A stretch of 64,000 nucleotides of DNA from assembly GCA_020052415.1 (NCBI GenBank), contig JAGVPB010000038.1, positions 3,693 to 67,692 of the forward strand. Reading direction: 5' to 3'. The notes below the pieces were generated by a model. The model saw nothing but the letters and a program-made list of their open reading frames with translations. It did no database searches and had not been told where the DNA came from. The position numbers and the translations under genes are program-made. This document shows, piece after piece, positions 20,244 through 29,770 of the stretch. The number at the start of each line of letters is the position of its first letter. The first letter of the stretch is position 1. Origin of the DNA: Bacteroidales bacterium. Lineage in GTDB: Bacteria; Bacteroidota; Bacteroidia; Bacteroidales; JAADJA01.

Positions 20244-20831
20244 ATGAGGTTTTATATGCCATTACTTATAGTCCTGATATTCAACAGTGGGGTATCGGGA
20301 CAGGAAGAGATCAATTATTGTAATCGTTCTTTTTTGAAGTCACTTTCGAAAGCAGTAAATGATGAGGATGCACAATTGAAGGAAATTATTATTTCTGATC
20401 GCACGACCGAAAGATTCAGTATCACAGGTAAATACTTCAATGTTTCGACAAAAGGTGAACATTCCGATATCAGATACATATACATTGGAAGGGTTAACAG
20501 TTGCCGAGCAGGTGGCTGTTCCATTTCAGGAGAGATTCCTGCTGAAAGCGACTATGAATATTTCGACTACTCTATATTTTTTGATTCAATCTGCACTGTC
20601 CGGCAGGTTTCAGTTTTCAATTACCAGGCAACTCATGGCCATGAAATAACCGCAAAAGGTTGGTTAAGGCAATTTGGAGGGTATAACGGTGATAAAGAAA
20701 TGCAGGTAGGAAAGGAAATAGACGGAATTTCAGGTGCCACAATTTCGGTATATGGAATAACAACGGATGTTCAGCAAAAAGTGGAAATTTTAAAGATTAT
20801 TTGTCAAAATAATGATAAATCACTAAAATAG
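20244..20831 (+). CDS. FMN-binding domain protein (secreted)
   Basis: Signal peptide and the GISGATISV motif characteristic of FMN_bind domains. It starts 3 nt after the porin gene. Confidence 0.65.
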   Translation: MRFYMPLLIVLIFNSGVSGQEEINYCNRSFLKSLSKAVNDEDAQLKEIIISDRTTERFSITGKYFNVSTKGEHSDIRYIYIGRVNSCRAGGCSISGEIPAESDYEYFDYSIFFDSICTVRQVSVFNYQATHGHEITAKGWLRQFGGYNGDKEMQVGKEIDGISGATISVYGITTDVQQKVEILKIICQNNDKSLK

Positions 20832-20853
20832 GAGTCTCCTTACATAAAAACAA

Positions 20854-20879
20854 GAATACCCGAAAATGTCCGGGTATTC
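20854..20879. terminator. Hairpin after the FMN-binding gene
   Basis: GAATACCCG-AAAATGTC-CGGGTATTC, 22 nt after the stop at 20831. There is no strong T-run. Confidence 0.45.
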
Positions 20880-20959
20880 AGGAATACTTAATAATATACC
20901 TGGTTTAAAAGGCTGCGCTTTCATTTGAAAGCGGGTTAATTATAAAATATAATGAAAGG

Positions 20960-21484
20960 TTAAAACTGTCCCCTTATTTCCCCGCCGGGAAATTGCTGAG
21001 TATGCACATTTACATAGGCATTGCCATTGACCAGATGTTCGATAAGAGCCGATAAGTCCTGGCCTGCAAGGGATCCAACAAGGTTAGCACTGGTGATCAC
21101 ACCTTCCGCAAGAACTCCATCTGTCCTTCCCGGTATTAAAACTCCGGGAGGCGCTGAGGGATATAACCATACAACCACACCTCCGTTTACTCCGGCCGGT
21201 GCAATGTGAATATGTGATGCCGAAACATTATAGATGTTTGCGACAATCAGTTTATAATGGAGTTCCGTGCCATTGTTTCTCAGGTGAAAAATGGCTTGCC
21301 CATTTGCCTGCGATGCATTGGGAGGAACTTCCTGTCCGCCTGTAAGGTGAACGGAGAAATTTTTACCGGAATTACCGCTCTTAAACAGCTCATCCTGTTG
21401 TGCCGGGTTAATATTGTCTTCCTTTGAGCACGAAACAAAGACCAGGCTGATGGCAGTAGCGATTAAAAAGAACTGATTTTTCAT
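20960..21484 (-). CDS. CHRD domain lipoprotein
   Basis: Lipobox FVSC. SASHIHIAPAGVNGGVV and AYVNVHTQQFPGGEIRGQ are typical CHRD signatures. Confidence 0.75.
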   Translation of the reverse strand: MKNQFFLIATAISLVFVSCSKEDNINPAQQDELFKSGNSGKNFSVHLTGGQEVPPNASQANGQAIFHLRNNGTELHYKLIVANIYNVSASHIHIAPAGVNGGVVVWLYPSAPPGVLIPGRTDGVLAEGVITSANLVGSLAGQDLSALIEHLVNGNAYVNVHTQQFPGGEIRGQF

Positions 21485-21574
21485 AGATTGTAGATTTAAT
21501 GTTAGAAAAAGATAACATTATGGATTTTAAATAGTTTGGAGGAAACCTGTTAAGGTTTTGTTAATGGAAGCGTT

Positions 21575-21762
21575 TGGAGTTCGGAGTTTGAAGTTCCGGG
21601 TTCCGGGTTCCGGGTTCTGAGTTCAGAGTTTGAAGTTCGGAGTTCAGAGTTCCGGGTTCAGAGTTCAGAGTTTCGGGTCCAGAGTTCGGGTCTAACGATA
21701 TCTAATTTATCTGTCTCAAGTCTCTGTCTGTCACACCTCAAGTCTCAGGTCTTAAGTCTCAG
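21575..21762. repeat. Degenerate heptamer arrays (GAGTTCN then AAGTCTC-type)
   Basis: GGAGTTCGGAGTTTGAAGTTCCGGGTTCCGGGTTCCGGGTTCTGAGTTCAGAG... runs to about 21690. CTCAAGTCTCTGTCTGTCACACCTCAAGTCTCAGGTCTTAAGTCTCAG lies at 21713-21762. The array ends 9 nt from the stop codon at 21771. Confidence 0.85.
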
Positions 21763-21770
21763 TTAAGCAT

Positions 21771-24131
21771 TTACTTTTTTAGCTGCCGATTTGAATCTAT
21801 ATACTTTTCGACAGTCAACCTTGCCATCAGATAGCTTACTGTTGATTCAGCACCCTGGTTAAGGTTTACATGAGTTTCCTCCAACCCGTCGTAGCAACCG
21901 CCTGTACATGGATTGTAAATGATCTGATGAAGCCTGTTATTCCCTAAAAACCAGTTGAAGGCCGTTTCCATTTTCCTGCGATACTCTTCATTCAAAAATA
22001 CGTCATAAAACCTGCTCAGGGTCATAATGGTATAAGCAACATCTATGGGTTGTTCTCCGAAACGTTCACCTTTTTCGCCTTTTTGCAGCCAGTTCTTGTT
22101 TGAAATCACTTCTATCCCGTTTTCATTGAAGGTTTGCGACAACAGGAAATCAAAGGATGATACGGCGATGTTTTTATAAATTGTTTCCCCGGTCAGCAAC
22201 CATGCATATAACATGGCCTCAGGCAAAATGCTGTTGGCATACGTGAGATAACCCTCAAACCATTCCCATTTTCCTTCCGATTCATGCTTATACATCTGCA
22301 CCAGTCTTTTTGCCAGTATTTGTATGAGCCCAAGATGCCCTGAAAGCATGGTGGTCCGATGATAATAGTATAAACCTTTTATAGCAAAGGCCATAGCTCG
22401 AGTGGAATGCACCCTATCCAACCGGGGAATTGCTTTTTCCATGACTGTTTTCGCCACTGAAAGGATTTCCGCTGGCAACAGGTCTGACAGGGAAAATAAA
22501 AATCCCAAAGCCCACACTGCCCTTCCATTCGCATCATCCAAATTGGTCGTATAGTTTTGTTCTGTAAAATTGTTATCCTCATCCACATAATTTAAGAAAT
22601 CGCCATCGGTTTGCTGACAGAATTTAATAAAGCTGAGGTATTTTACTATGTAATCCAGCATCATTTTATCACCTGACAATTTATAAAACATACACGAAGC
22701 CACCAAAGCCCTGGCATTATCATCGAGGGTGTAACCGCTGCTGATATCCGGTTGATTTATTTTCGAAAACTGAATAAGCCCTGAACGGGTTGTCATCTGT
22801 TTCAGGTGGTTCAGGTTGATTTCCGGCGTATTATACTGTATGGGAATTTTATTACCTCCAATCTTTTCGAACAGCATAGTGTGAGCAACCGCAGAATTTT
22901 CCCAGGCGGTTGAAACGATTTTCTCCAGGGTATTTGAACTGATGTTTTTTCGTAAAGGATCATCGTTGAGCAGACGGATAACGCCATCGGCCAATTGCTG
23001 CGAGTTTCGGAAATCAAATATGATTCCTGTGTTTTCAGTAAGTACTTCCCTTGCATGAGGAATTGGTGTTGAAATGATGGGACAGGCGCAACTCATGGCA
23101 TAGGCGAATGTGCCGCTTACCGCCTGGTTGGGATCGTTGGTGGTAAACAGGTAAATGTCTGTAAGTTGAAGATATTCCAGCAATTCAGGCAATGCGACAT
23201 AACTATTGATAAAAATTACATGATTTTGGAGATTGAGGTCTTTTACTTTCTGTTCCAGGCTTGAACGATATTTTTCTCCTTCCGATTTCACTACTTCAGG
23301 ATGGGTTTTTCCGATAATCAGAAATACCACTTCCGGTTTGTGCTTTATGATGTCAGGCAATGCTTCGATGGTCGTCTCAATGCCCTTCCCGGAGCTAAGC
23401 AAGCCAAATGTTGTAAGGACTTTCCTGTCACTTAAATTATATTTCGATTTTAAAAATCTTTCGCTCAGATGGGGAACCAAATGCGTTCCGTGGGCGATCA
23501 CGGAGATTTTTTGTTCCGGCAAACCATAATCCTGGGTGAGTATTCCGGCCGAATTATGGGTCATAACTACGATTGAATCGCAGGCAGCCGCAATGTTTTT
23601 TATTTTTGATTTCAACTCCTCACCGGGATGAGGGAGAACCGTATGAAATACGATTACGACGGGTTTTGAAAGTTTATATAAAAACTGGATAAATGTTTGT
23701 TCCTGTTCCTTATAAAAGCCAAACTCATGCTGTATTAATACGATTTTGATCCGACTGTTTTTATTGATATCCAAGGCCAGTTTGTAATATTCAGAAGCCA
23801 GGGATGGTTTAAGAATATATTTTACTTCATCGGGATAGGAGTAATTTGCACCTACCGGTTCCAGTGCACATACCTTAATGGCCAGCGAATTGCTGAATTT
23901 ATTATGGACCGCCTTTATCAGATCCTGGGAATAGGTTGCAATACCACATTCTCTGGGTGGATATGAGGTAATAAACAAAATTTCAGCCACATCGGTGGTA
24001 TGATTTTTAATAAGATTTTCTTTACTTTCTTTAGAAGTAATTTGTGTTGATATTTGATTTTTTAATTCAAGCAACGCTTCCGGATAATTAAAATCAACGC
24101 CAACCGGATTATGAATAGTTTTATTTTTCAT
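21771..24131 (-). CDS. Glycosyltransferase family 4 fused to a C-terminal ~350-aa alpha-helical (possibly (alpha/alpha)6-barrel-like) domain of unknown function
   Basis: The N-terminal half has the typical GT4 layout (ILFITSYPPRECGIATYSQDL ... GKTHPEV ... FTTNDPNQAVSGTFAYAM). I do not recognise the C-terminal half (DGDFLNYVDEDNNF...DANGRAVWALG). Confidence 0.7.
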   Translation of the reverse strand: MKNKTIHNPVGVDFNYPEALLELKNQISTQITSKESKENLIKNHTTDVAEILFITSYPPRECGIATYSQDLIKAVHNKFSNSLAIKVCALEPVGANYSYPDEVKYILKPSLASEYYKLALDINKNSRIKIVLIQHEFGFYKEQEQTFIQFLYKLSKPVVIVFHTVLPHPGEELKSKIKNIAAACDSIVVMTHNSAGILTQDYGLPEQKISVIAHGTHLVPHLSERFLKSKYNLSDRKVLTTFGLLSSGKGIETTIEALPDIIKHKPEVVFLIIGKTHPEVVKSEGEKYRSSLEQKVKDLNLQNHVIFINSYVALPELLEYLQLTDIYLFTTNDPNQAVSGTFAYAMSCACPIISTPIPHAREVLTENTGIIFDFRNSQQLADGVIRLLNDDPLRKNISSNTLEKIVSTAWENSAVAHTMLFEKIGGNKIPIQYNTPEINLNHLKQMTTRSGLIQFSKINQPDISSGYTLDDNARALVASCMFYKLSGDKMMLDYIVKYLSFIKFCQQTDGDFLNYVDEDNNFTEQNYTTNLDDANGRAVWALGFLFSLSDLLPAEILSVAKTVMEKAIPRLDRVHSTRAMAFAIKGLYYYHRTTMLSGHLGLIQILAKRLVQMYKHESEGKWEWFEGYLTYANSILPEAMLYAWLLTGETIYKNIAVSSFDFLLSQTFNENGIEVISNKNWLQKGEKGERFGEQPIDVAYTIMTLSRFYDVFLNEEYRRKMETAFNWFLGNNRLHQIIYNPCTGGCYDGLEETHVNLNQGAESTVSYLMARLTVEKYIDSNRQLKK

Positions 24132-25164
24132 TTTTCCTGGAATATGTTAACAGTTCGGCCACCAGTTCTGATAATTTCACCGAAGCACAAGCGATCAGGC
24201 TATCAGCAGCACCATAATATATAAATAATGTATCTCCAAATAAAGCTGTGCCTGTAGGAAAGACTACATTATTAACTTCACCAATTAATTCCCATTCGTA
24301 TTCGGGTGAAAACAAAGCATAAGGTAATCTTGCCAATTCCAGGGAGGGATCGTTTAAATCAAGTAAGGCGGCACAGGCAGAGTACACCCTGCCTCTCTCA
24401 GTTTCTTCCACACCATGATAGATAAGCAGCCATCCGTGTTCAGTTTCGATAGGAGGGCAGCCACCGCCAATGTAGTTTGACTCATGCTTATAAATGGGAT
24501 CCATAACGATATCTTCCTCCATTTGCAGAAAATACTTTTCCCAAAATTCTTTAGTGAGATCCTTTAAACTATTCACCGAAACGATTTGAATGCCCGGCCT
24601 GATACGGTGAAGAAACACTAAATTACCATTGATTTTTCGGGGAAAGAATATTACATTTTTATCCCACAGCATTATCTTTTTTTCAGGGTCGGCTTTCTGG
24701 TAGTAAAACTTATGATTGCGGTAATAATTTTTATTTACTTTACCGTTGGATTCAGCAAGGAACACAAATTGTGCGTACGTTATAGGAGGAACGATAATTC
24801 CTTTCTTTTTAAAATGCACTAAATCTTTTGAAGTAGCTAAAGCTCCGCGGGCATTTGTCCCATCGTAACCGGTATAGGTCATGTAAAACAGGTCATCAAT
24901 CTTTACTATCCGCGCATCTTCAACGCCATGTGATTCATATTCGAATTCAGGAACCATGACAGGCTTATCCCACCGCTCGGCAATCGTCAGAGGGCCATCC
25001 AGTCTGCAATAACCAATACTTGAATAATTTCCTTTACGTACCGCCCTGTAAAAAATATGAACACTGTCGCCTATGCGAATTACGGCTGGATTCAGGACAC
25101 CATCGTTTTCAAATTCAAAATGTGTCGGTGCCAATAAGACTCCAGTTTTATTCACTTCTATCAT
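24121..25164 (-). CDS. GH130-family glycoside phosphorylase/hydrolase (beta-mannoside phosphorylase-like five-bladed propeller)
   Basis: FENDGVLNPAVIRIGD..., YRAVRKGNYSSIGY, GVEDARIVKIDDLFYMTYTGYDG and WDKNVIFFPRKING are typical GH130 blocks. It overlaps the downstream GT4 gene by 11 nt. Confidence 0.7.
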   Translation of the reverse strand: MIEVNKTGVLLAPTHFEFENDGVLNPAVIRIGDSVHIFYRAVRKGNYSSIGYCRLDGPLTIAERWDKPVMVPEFEYESHGVEDARIVKIDDLFYMTYTGYDGTNARGALATSKDLVHFKKKGIIVPPITYAQFVFLAESNGKVNKNYYRNHKFYYQKADPEKKIMLWDKNVIFFPRKINGNLVFLHRIRPGIQIVSVNSLKDLTKEFWEKYFLQMEEDIVMDPIYKHESNYIGGGCPPIETEHGWLLIYHGVEETERGRVYSACAALLDLNDPSLELARLPYALFSPEYEWELIGEVNNVVFPTGTALFGDTLFIYYGAADSLIACASVKLSELVAELLTYSRKNEK

Positions 25165-26273
25165 AAAGATTTCTTTTTCAACCGCATCATGCGAATCGGT
25201 TTAATTTTTAATATTGTTGGCATGGTATCTCCAAATAAAAATCCCCAGGGCTTTAAAGGTTCAATGTGGTCACATATTAGTTTTACAATAGCAAGAATCG
25301 GTATGGAGAGAAACATACCGGGTATGCCCCATAATGCATTCCCTACAAGTATTGCTATGATTGAGAAAAGTGCATTGATTTTTACCTTTGAAGCAACGAT
25401 TTTGGGAACAATATAATTATTGTCAATTAGTTGGATGACATAATAGATTGCCAGTACATAAAGTGCATACCAACCAGATTCTTTGGTGACCAAAGCAACC
25501 ATCATGGGCAATGCCACTGCCACAAGTCCTCCAATGTACGGAATAAGATTAAGCAGGGCGCCAATAATACCAAGAAGAATTGCGTATTCAATTCCAAGAA
25601 TTAAAAGAGTGGCGATTTGTAAAATTGCTATAATAACAGTTTCGATAACCAGTCCTAAAAGATATTGTTGAATCACAGTTTTCGTTTGGGAAACTATTTC
25701 ATTCACCTGACTATGGTTACTTTTATCAAAAACCCTCCGTATAAAATCGAGCAGCAGGGGTTGGTAGAATAATATCAAAAAGATATATACAGGAACTAAA
25801 AACAATACAACTACAATTCCACCAACAGTGACAAGTGTCTTTCCGATTGCAGCAGCGCTGCGATTGAGGAGTTCACCCTGGGTTTTTGAAATCCAGTCAT
25901 GAATTTTCTGTGGGTTTAAATCAAAATATTCGGAAGCCTCGGTGATGATTTGGTTAAGCATGACGGTAAATTTTTCGACCAGTAAGGGCCACGATTCTGT
26001 AAACCGGCTTGCCTGCGAAACTATAAGCGCGCCAAATGCCGCAATGATGAGAAAGGTAAGCAATAATGAAATTACAATCGCAACGATCCTGTTAATTTTT
26101 CTCCGTACGAAAAAATTTACCACCGGGTGGAGCAGGATAGCGATAATAATTGCAAAAACAATTGGAATAATAATAACCTTAGCGATGTACAATATCGCTA
26201 ACAAAGAAATTGTGCCAACTAAAAAAATAGTTGCCCTTGCATAAAATGGTATTTCTATTTTTTCCGGTATCAA
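25161..26273 (-). CDS. AI-2E family transporter (PerM/UPF0118)
   Basis: About 8 TM helices, with LLNLIPYIGGLVA and IVPKIVASKVKINALFSIIAILVG motifs. Confidence 0.8.
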   Translation of the reverse strand: MIPEKIEIPFYARATIFLVGTISLLAILYIAKVIIIPIVFAIIIAILLHPVVNFFVRRKINRIVAIVISLLLTFLIIAAFGALIVSQASRFTESWPLLVEKFTVMLNQIITEASEYFDLNPQKIHDWISKTQGELLNRSAAAIGKTLVTVGGIVVVLFLVPVYIFLILFYQPLLLDFIRRVFDKSNHSQVNEIVSQTKTVIQQYLLGLVIETVIIAILQIATLLILGIEYAILLGIIGALLNLIPYIGGLVAVALPMMVALVTKESGWYALYVLAIYYVIQLIDNNYIVPKIVASKVKINALFSIIAILVGNALWGIPGMFLSIPILAIVKLICDHIEPLKPWGFLFGDTMPTILKIKPIRMMRLKKKSL

Positions 26274-26668
26274 GGATTTTTAGCTTTCTTTTTCTTTTTT
26301 GTAAATATGTGTTGGATGATATACTGGCTGATTGATTTAATTGCGTCAGGATGCTGAGCTACAAGATTTGTAATGCCAAATTGTAAAACAGAGCCTATTA
26401 GCTTTCTGATAATATTGGCGGATGAACCCACAACTATCTTTTTTGAAACATAACCGGTAGCTAAACCCACGGCTGAACCTACAATATTTTCGATCATATA
26501 GGGCGATGAGGATAAATCTTTCAATGTGGCCTTAAGAAGGTTTAAAGGTTTCAAACTTTCGTAGGTAATGTAAAACTGTTCTTTCAATAGCTGCTCTTTG
26601 ACAGATTGCTCATCTTCCAATATTCGAATGGCATTTTTAAGTTCGGCGACGGTAGTAATATTTTGCAT
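26270..26668 (-). CDS. Hypothetical protein with C-terminal amphipathic/hydrophobic segment
   Basis: The ORF has a 4-bp overlap with the downstream transporter gene. No family recognised. Confidence 0.5.
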   Translation of the reverse strand: MQNITTVAELKNAIRILEDEQSVKEQLLKEQFYITYESLKPLNLLKATLKDLSSSPYMIENIVGSAVGLATGYVSKKIVVGSSANIIRKLIGSVLQFGITNLVAQHPDAIKSISQYIIQHIFTKKKKKAKNP

Positions 26669-26673
26669 TTGAT

Positions 26674-27054
26674 TTATTTAAGCAACTGTTTAACAAAATA
26701 ATTATAGATGCGCTTTTTCAGCCATTTATGCATAAAGAAATGAATAATAAGCCCGGCAACTCCATAAAAACCGGCGACTACAAAAAAGCCAAAGAAGGTA
26801 TTTCCAAGGATTTCGCCGATCCAAAAGGCCAGCCCAAGATTGACGAACAGCAGGCATGAGGCTATTAAGAAAAAAACAACCGAATGAGGTATGGATGATG
26901 AAATTACATCCGATGTTTTATCGAGGGCTTTAAGTTTTATTAACTCAAAGCTTGTTTTGCTGTAATCGGTAGCTTTTTCAAGCAGTGATTCAACCAGCTT
27001 CGCTTTTTCTTCCATATCAATAATATTGATAATGATCCGGAGGGCGCCGTTCAT
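26674..27054 (-). CDS. Phage-holin-family-like (holin-X / DUF1469-like) small membrane protein
   Basis: Amphipathic N-terminus followed by two TM helices. An alternative, perhaps better, start is the ATG at 27015 (MEEKAKLVESLLEK). Confidence 0.55.
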   Translation of the reverse strand: MNGALRIIINIIDMEEKAKLVESLLEKATDYSKTSFELIKLKALDKTSDVISSSIPHSVVFFLIASCLLFVNLGLAFWIGEILGNTFFGFFVVAGFYGVAGLIIHFFMHKWLKKRIYNYFVKQLLK

Positions 27055-27232
27055 GCGGGCTTTCGAAACGGTTTACTGCCGGACTTATATAACAATTAGT
27101 TAAATCTGTCGCACTTTCATTATGCACGTCAGCCCGCCTGGCGGTATGGCACTATTGCCTGATGGGCAATCTTTCTTATTCATTATTGCCCAATTGCTTC
27201 TTTTACAAAAACTTTGCTGACACTCCTGGTGT

Positions 27233-27409
27233 TTACTTTTTTTGCTTTCCATTTGCTTTTCCCGGATTCATGCTATTGGGATTATGTGGATTATTCGGAT
27301 TTTTGTACCATCCCTTGTGTTTTCCATTATCTGATTTAGCAACTACAACACAAGATGTCATACTAAACAAAAATCCCATGCACAATATCAGAATGACAAA
27401 TGTTTTCAT
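27233..27409 (-). CDS. Small basic lipoprotein (58 aa)
   Basis: The ATG at 27409 gives MKTFVILILCMGFLFSMTSC (lipobox), followed by a Lys/Asn/Pro-rich tail. The gene begins 2 nt after the YtxH stop. Confidence 0.6.
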   Translation of the reverse strand: MKTFVILILCMGFLFSMTSCVVVAKSDNGKHKGWYKNPNNPHNPNSMNPGKANGKQKK

Positions 27410-27410
27410 T

Positions 27411-27671
27411 TCACGTCTTTTTCGTTTCTGCCGGTTTGGTCTTAACCTGTTCAGCAAAGTCAGAAGCTTTTTCCTTTACGTCTTCAAATTTTTCGGAGAT
27501 ATCTTCAACAAAATCACTGAATTTTTCTTTTAAATCCTCCGCCATTTTTTCACCCTTTTTGGAAATTTTCCTCCTGGTTTTTGAACCCTTTGCCGGAGCA
27601 AATAATATCCCCAGCACCGCTCCGGCAGCGACGCCGGCCAATACGCCCAATAATACTTTTCCTGCGCTCAT
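27411..27671 (-). CDS. YtxH domain protein
   Basis: MSAGKVLLGVLAGVAAGAVLGILFAPAKGSKTRRKI, followed by a charged helical tail. Confidence 0.8.
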   Translation of the reverse strand: MSAGKVLLGVLAGVAAGAVLGILFAPAKGSKTRRKISKKGEKMAEDLKEKFSDFVEDISEKFEDVKEKASDFAEQVKTKPAETKKT

Positions 27672-27807
27672 AGTTTTATTTTTTAATGATTGATATAAAA
27701 GCGATAATGCAATACCGTATTTAATTCATAACTTTAAAAAGTTTAAATTTGAATGTCCCCGGTTCAGGGATAATGCCGATGGTCAGTTTATACAAAACAA
27801 ATCGGAA

Positions 27808-27963
27808 TTATATGCTTCTTCTCCCCCGGATAACCTGAAATAATATTGCAATAATTGCAATAACAAGAAGTATATGTATAATGCCACCGGCACTATATGC
27901 GAAAAATCCGACCGCCCATCCTATAATAAGAATTACTGCGATGATATAAAGTAAACTTGACAT
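27808..27963 (-). CDS. lmo0937-family small membrane protein (51 aa)
   Basis: The ATG at 27963 gives MSSLLYIIAVILIIGWAVGFFAYSAGGIIHILLVIAIIAILFQVIRGRRSI. The longer ORF-track start at 28089 would run through the promoter module. Confidence 0.7.
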   Translation of the reverse strand: MSSLLYIIAVILIIGWAVGFFAYSAGGIIHILLVIAIIAILFQVIRGRRSI

Positions 27964-28025
27964 GACTGTATATTTTTTAAGTTCCCCGCATCCTGCGGGC
28001 AGGTGTAATTTTACAATTACATGAG

Positions 28026-28094
28026 CAAAGGTCAGTCTTTTGAATCGCGAAAGCGTTACACAATTATTGAAAAGAGTTACATTATTCACACATT
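28026..28094 (-). promoter_or_regulatory. Stress-island promoter/operator module, copy A
   Basis: Plus-strand read: CAAAGG at 28026, GTTACACAATT at 28055, GTTACATTATTCACACATT at 28076-28094. It lies 63 nt upstream of the ATG at 27963. Confidence 0.7.
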
Positions 28095-28296
28095 TGAGAT
28101 CATTACCCGGAGACCATTGAAGCCATTAACGAATTTTCAAATAATAACAATTTGAAATATAGTTTGGTTCAAGACCATAAAATATTCCGTGTGTGAGATT
28201 ATGAGAGCAATTGGTAAATATTGAAAATCCCGATCAGCCGGTATAAATGTTCGATTTCGAAAATGATCTGCTTAATCATCATTAATGTAGTATAAT

Positions 28297-28326
28297 AACT
28301 AACCCCGCGAATTCGCAGGGTTAGTT
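28297..28326. terminator. 15-bp-arm palindrome 3' of the OMP gene
   Basis: AACTAACCCCGCGAA/TTCGCAGGGTTAGTT with one mismatch, followed by TTTTAAAAAA. Confidence 0.55.
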
Positions 28327-28394
28327 TTAAAAAAGTGATTCGAAAATATACATAGTACCGTCAGCCTTTTTTGACAGACGGATGTTGATTCGGC

Positions 28395-29165
28395 TTATCG
28401 AAGTGCCGTACTTGCAGGTGTTTTGAAAAGGAAGCTGGAATTTGCCAACCTGGATTTATTTCTAAGCGGTCCTCCTTTAAAAGTATTTATATAATAACTT
28501 ACACCAACACTGATATAGGTATAAAAATCGTAATCGTTATTTTTTACATAATCATCCAGCCGGTCAGTCTGGCACCGTCTCAATGCAAGGTCGGCTGTGA
28601 CACCAAAATTAGAATTCAATTTATAATATATTCCGCCTCCAAAGAAATAAACAAACTCTGGTTTAGCTGCGTCCTGTTCAAAGTTTTTATATGGTCCTTC
28701 GTTCATTACCACTTTTGTAGTACTGTAATAAAACTGTCCTGCACCTGCATAACCGACCACGCCAAAGGCATGGTACGTATCTAACATAAAAAGGTCAACA
28801 AAATCAATACGGGCATGAATGTTATATTCAAACATTTTCGTGGTAAAAGAAATATCACCATTGTTTCCTTCAAGGTTTCCGGTAATCACCTGGCCGGAAA
28901 TGCCAATAGTCTCTCTGAAGATATATTTGGAAATAATAATACTCATAGCCAGCCCGCTTTCCTGGTTGAGTTTAGCGCTAATATCGGCATCGCTGAGACT
29001 TAAATCGCCAAAGTAAGATGCCAGGCCACCGTTAATATTTACCGACCATTTGGTCAGTATAACAGGGTGACTATCTCCACCCCATTTCTGAGTATAGCAT
29101 GAGGTCGAAATGAAAATTCCGACGATCAGGTTGCTCAGGGCTATTCGGAAAATTTTTGTTTTCAT
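28395..29165 (-). CDS. Outer-membrane beta-barrel protein (OmpW/porin-fold, unknown specificity)
   Basis: Signal peptide and an alternating hydrophobic pattern with aromatic girdle residues (YFGD, YAGAGQFYY, GGGIYYKL). Confidence 0.55.
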   Translation of the reverse strand: MKTKIFRIALSNLIVGIFISTSCYTQKWGGDSHPVILTKWSVNINGGLASYFGDLSLSDADISAKLNQESGLAMSIIISKYIFRETIGISGQVITGNLEGNNGDISFTTKMFEYNIHARIDFVDLFMLDTYHAFGVVGYAGAGQFYYSTTKVVMNEGPYKNFEQDAAKPEFVYFFGGGIYYKLNSNFGVTADLALRRCQTDRLDDYVKNNDYDFYTYISVGVSYYINTFKGGPLRNKSRLANSSFLFKTPASTALR

Positions 29166-29336
29166 AGCCTGAATGTTTTAATGGTTTTACAAATACAGAT
29201 TTTTAGCATTAAAAAGGCATAGTTCAATAGTATAATTTTCATGATCTGTTTATTAATAATAAGTGATTTTAAAAGTACCGTTTCACAGGCCTTCCTCCAA
29301 ACGCTCCAAACGGTGCCTGTTACAAAAAGCAGACGA

Positions 29337-29522
29337 TTAAAGCATTGCTATAATCCTGTTCATTTCTTCCTTTGATTTACCAAGCTTGATCTGGAGTCTT
29401 CCAAACATCTGTTCCTGCCGGCCTTCTTCAAACGACAGGTCATAGTTCGTTAAATTTGCAAAATCCTTCAGCAGTTTTGCTTTTTGCTTATTCCAGTTCC
29501 CTTTTGCTTCCCTTGTGTTCAT
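29337..29522 (-). CDS. csbD: CsbD-family stress protein (61 aa)
   Basis: The ATG at 29522 gives MNTREAKGNWNKQKAKLLKDFANLTNYDL...GRLQIKLGKSKEE. It is a paralog of 35457..35642. Confidence 0.8.
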   Translation of the reverse strand: MNTREAKGNWNKQKAKLLKDFANLTNYDLSFEEGRQEQMFGRLQIKLGKSKEEMNRIIAML

Positions 29523-29559
29523 TTTTTTTAATTTTATTTGTAAATAAATTTTTACGATG

Positions 29560-29628
29560 TAAAGGTATGTCACTCAATTCCGAAAAGCATTACACAATTA
29601 AATAAAAGAGTTACATCATTCGCACATT
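29560..29628 (-). promoter_or_regulatory. Stress-island promoter/operator module, copy B
   Basis: TAAAGG at 29560, ATTACACAATT at 29589, GTTACATCATTCGCACATT at 29610-29628. It lies 38 nt upstream of the ATG at 29522. Confidence 0.7.
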
Positions 29629-29732
29629 TTTTATATCTTTTGCAGTTGCAAAAATCAGGATTAATATACTAATTTATAAATCTGCAGTTTCAATCCCAAC
29701 TGCATACCACCAGATGTATTGAGGAGGTAAAC

Positions 29733-29753
29733 AACACGATTCACAATCGTGTT
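29733..29753 (-). terminator. Hairpin directly 3' of the 32-aa ORF
   Basis: AACACGATT-CAC-AATCGTGTT, 18 nt after the stop at 29771. Confidence 0.5.
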
Positions 29754-29770
29754 ATTTGTTCCTTAATATT

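Noticed and set aside
26674-27054. Prophage, suggested by a holin-family-like small membrane protein
   Set aside because: No other phage genes (terminase, capsid, tail, integrase, endolysin) are nearby. This small-protein family commonly accompanies YtxH-type stress genes.
27162-27693. Plus-strand ORFs 27162..27533 and 27400..27693
   Set aside because: They lie antisense to the YtxH gene and the small lipoprotein gene, both of which have clear family or signal features. Their translations are Phe/Leu-rich shadows.
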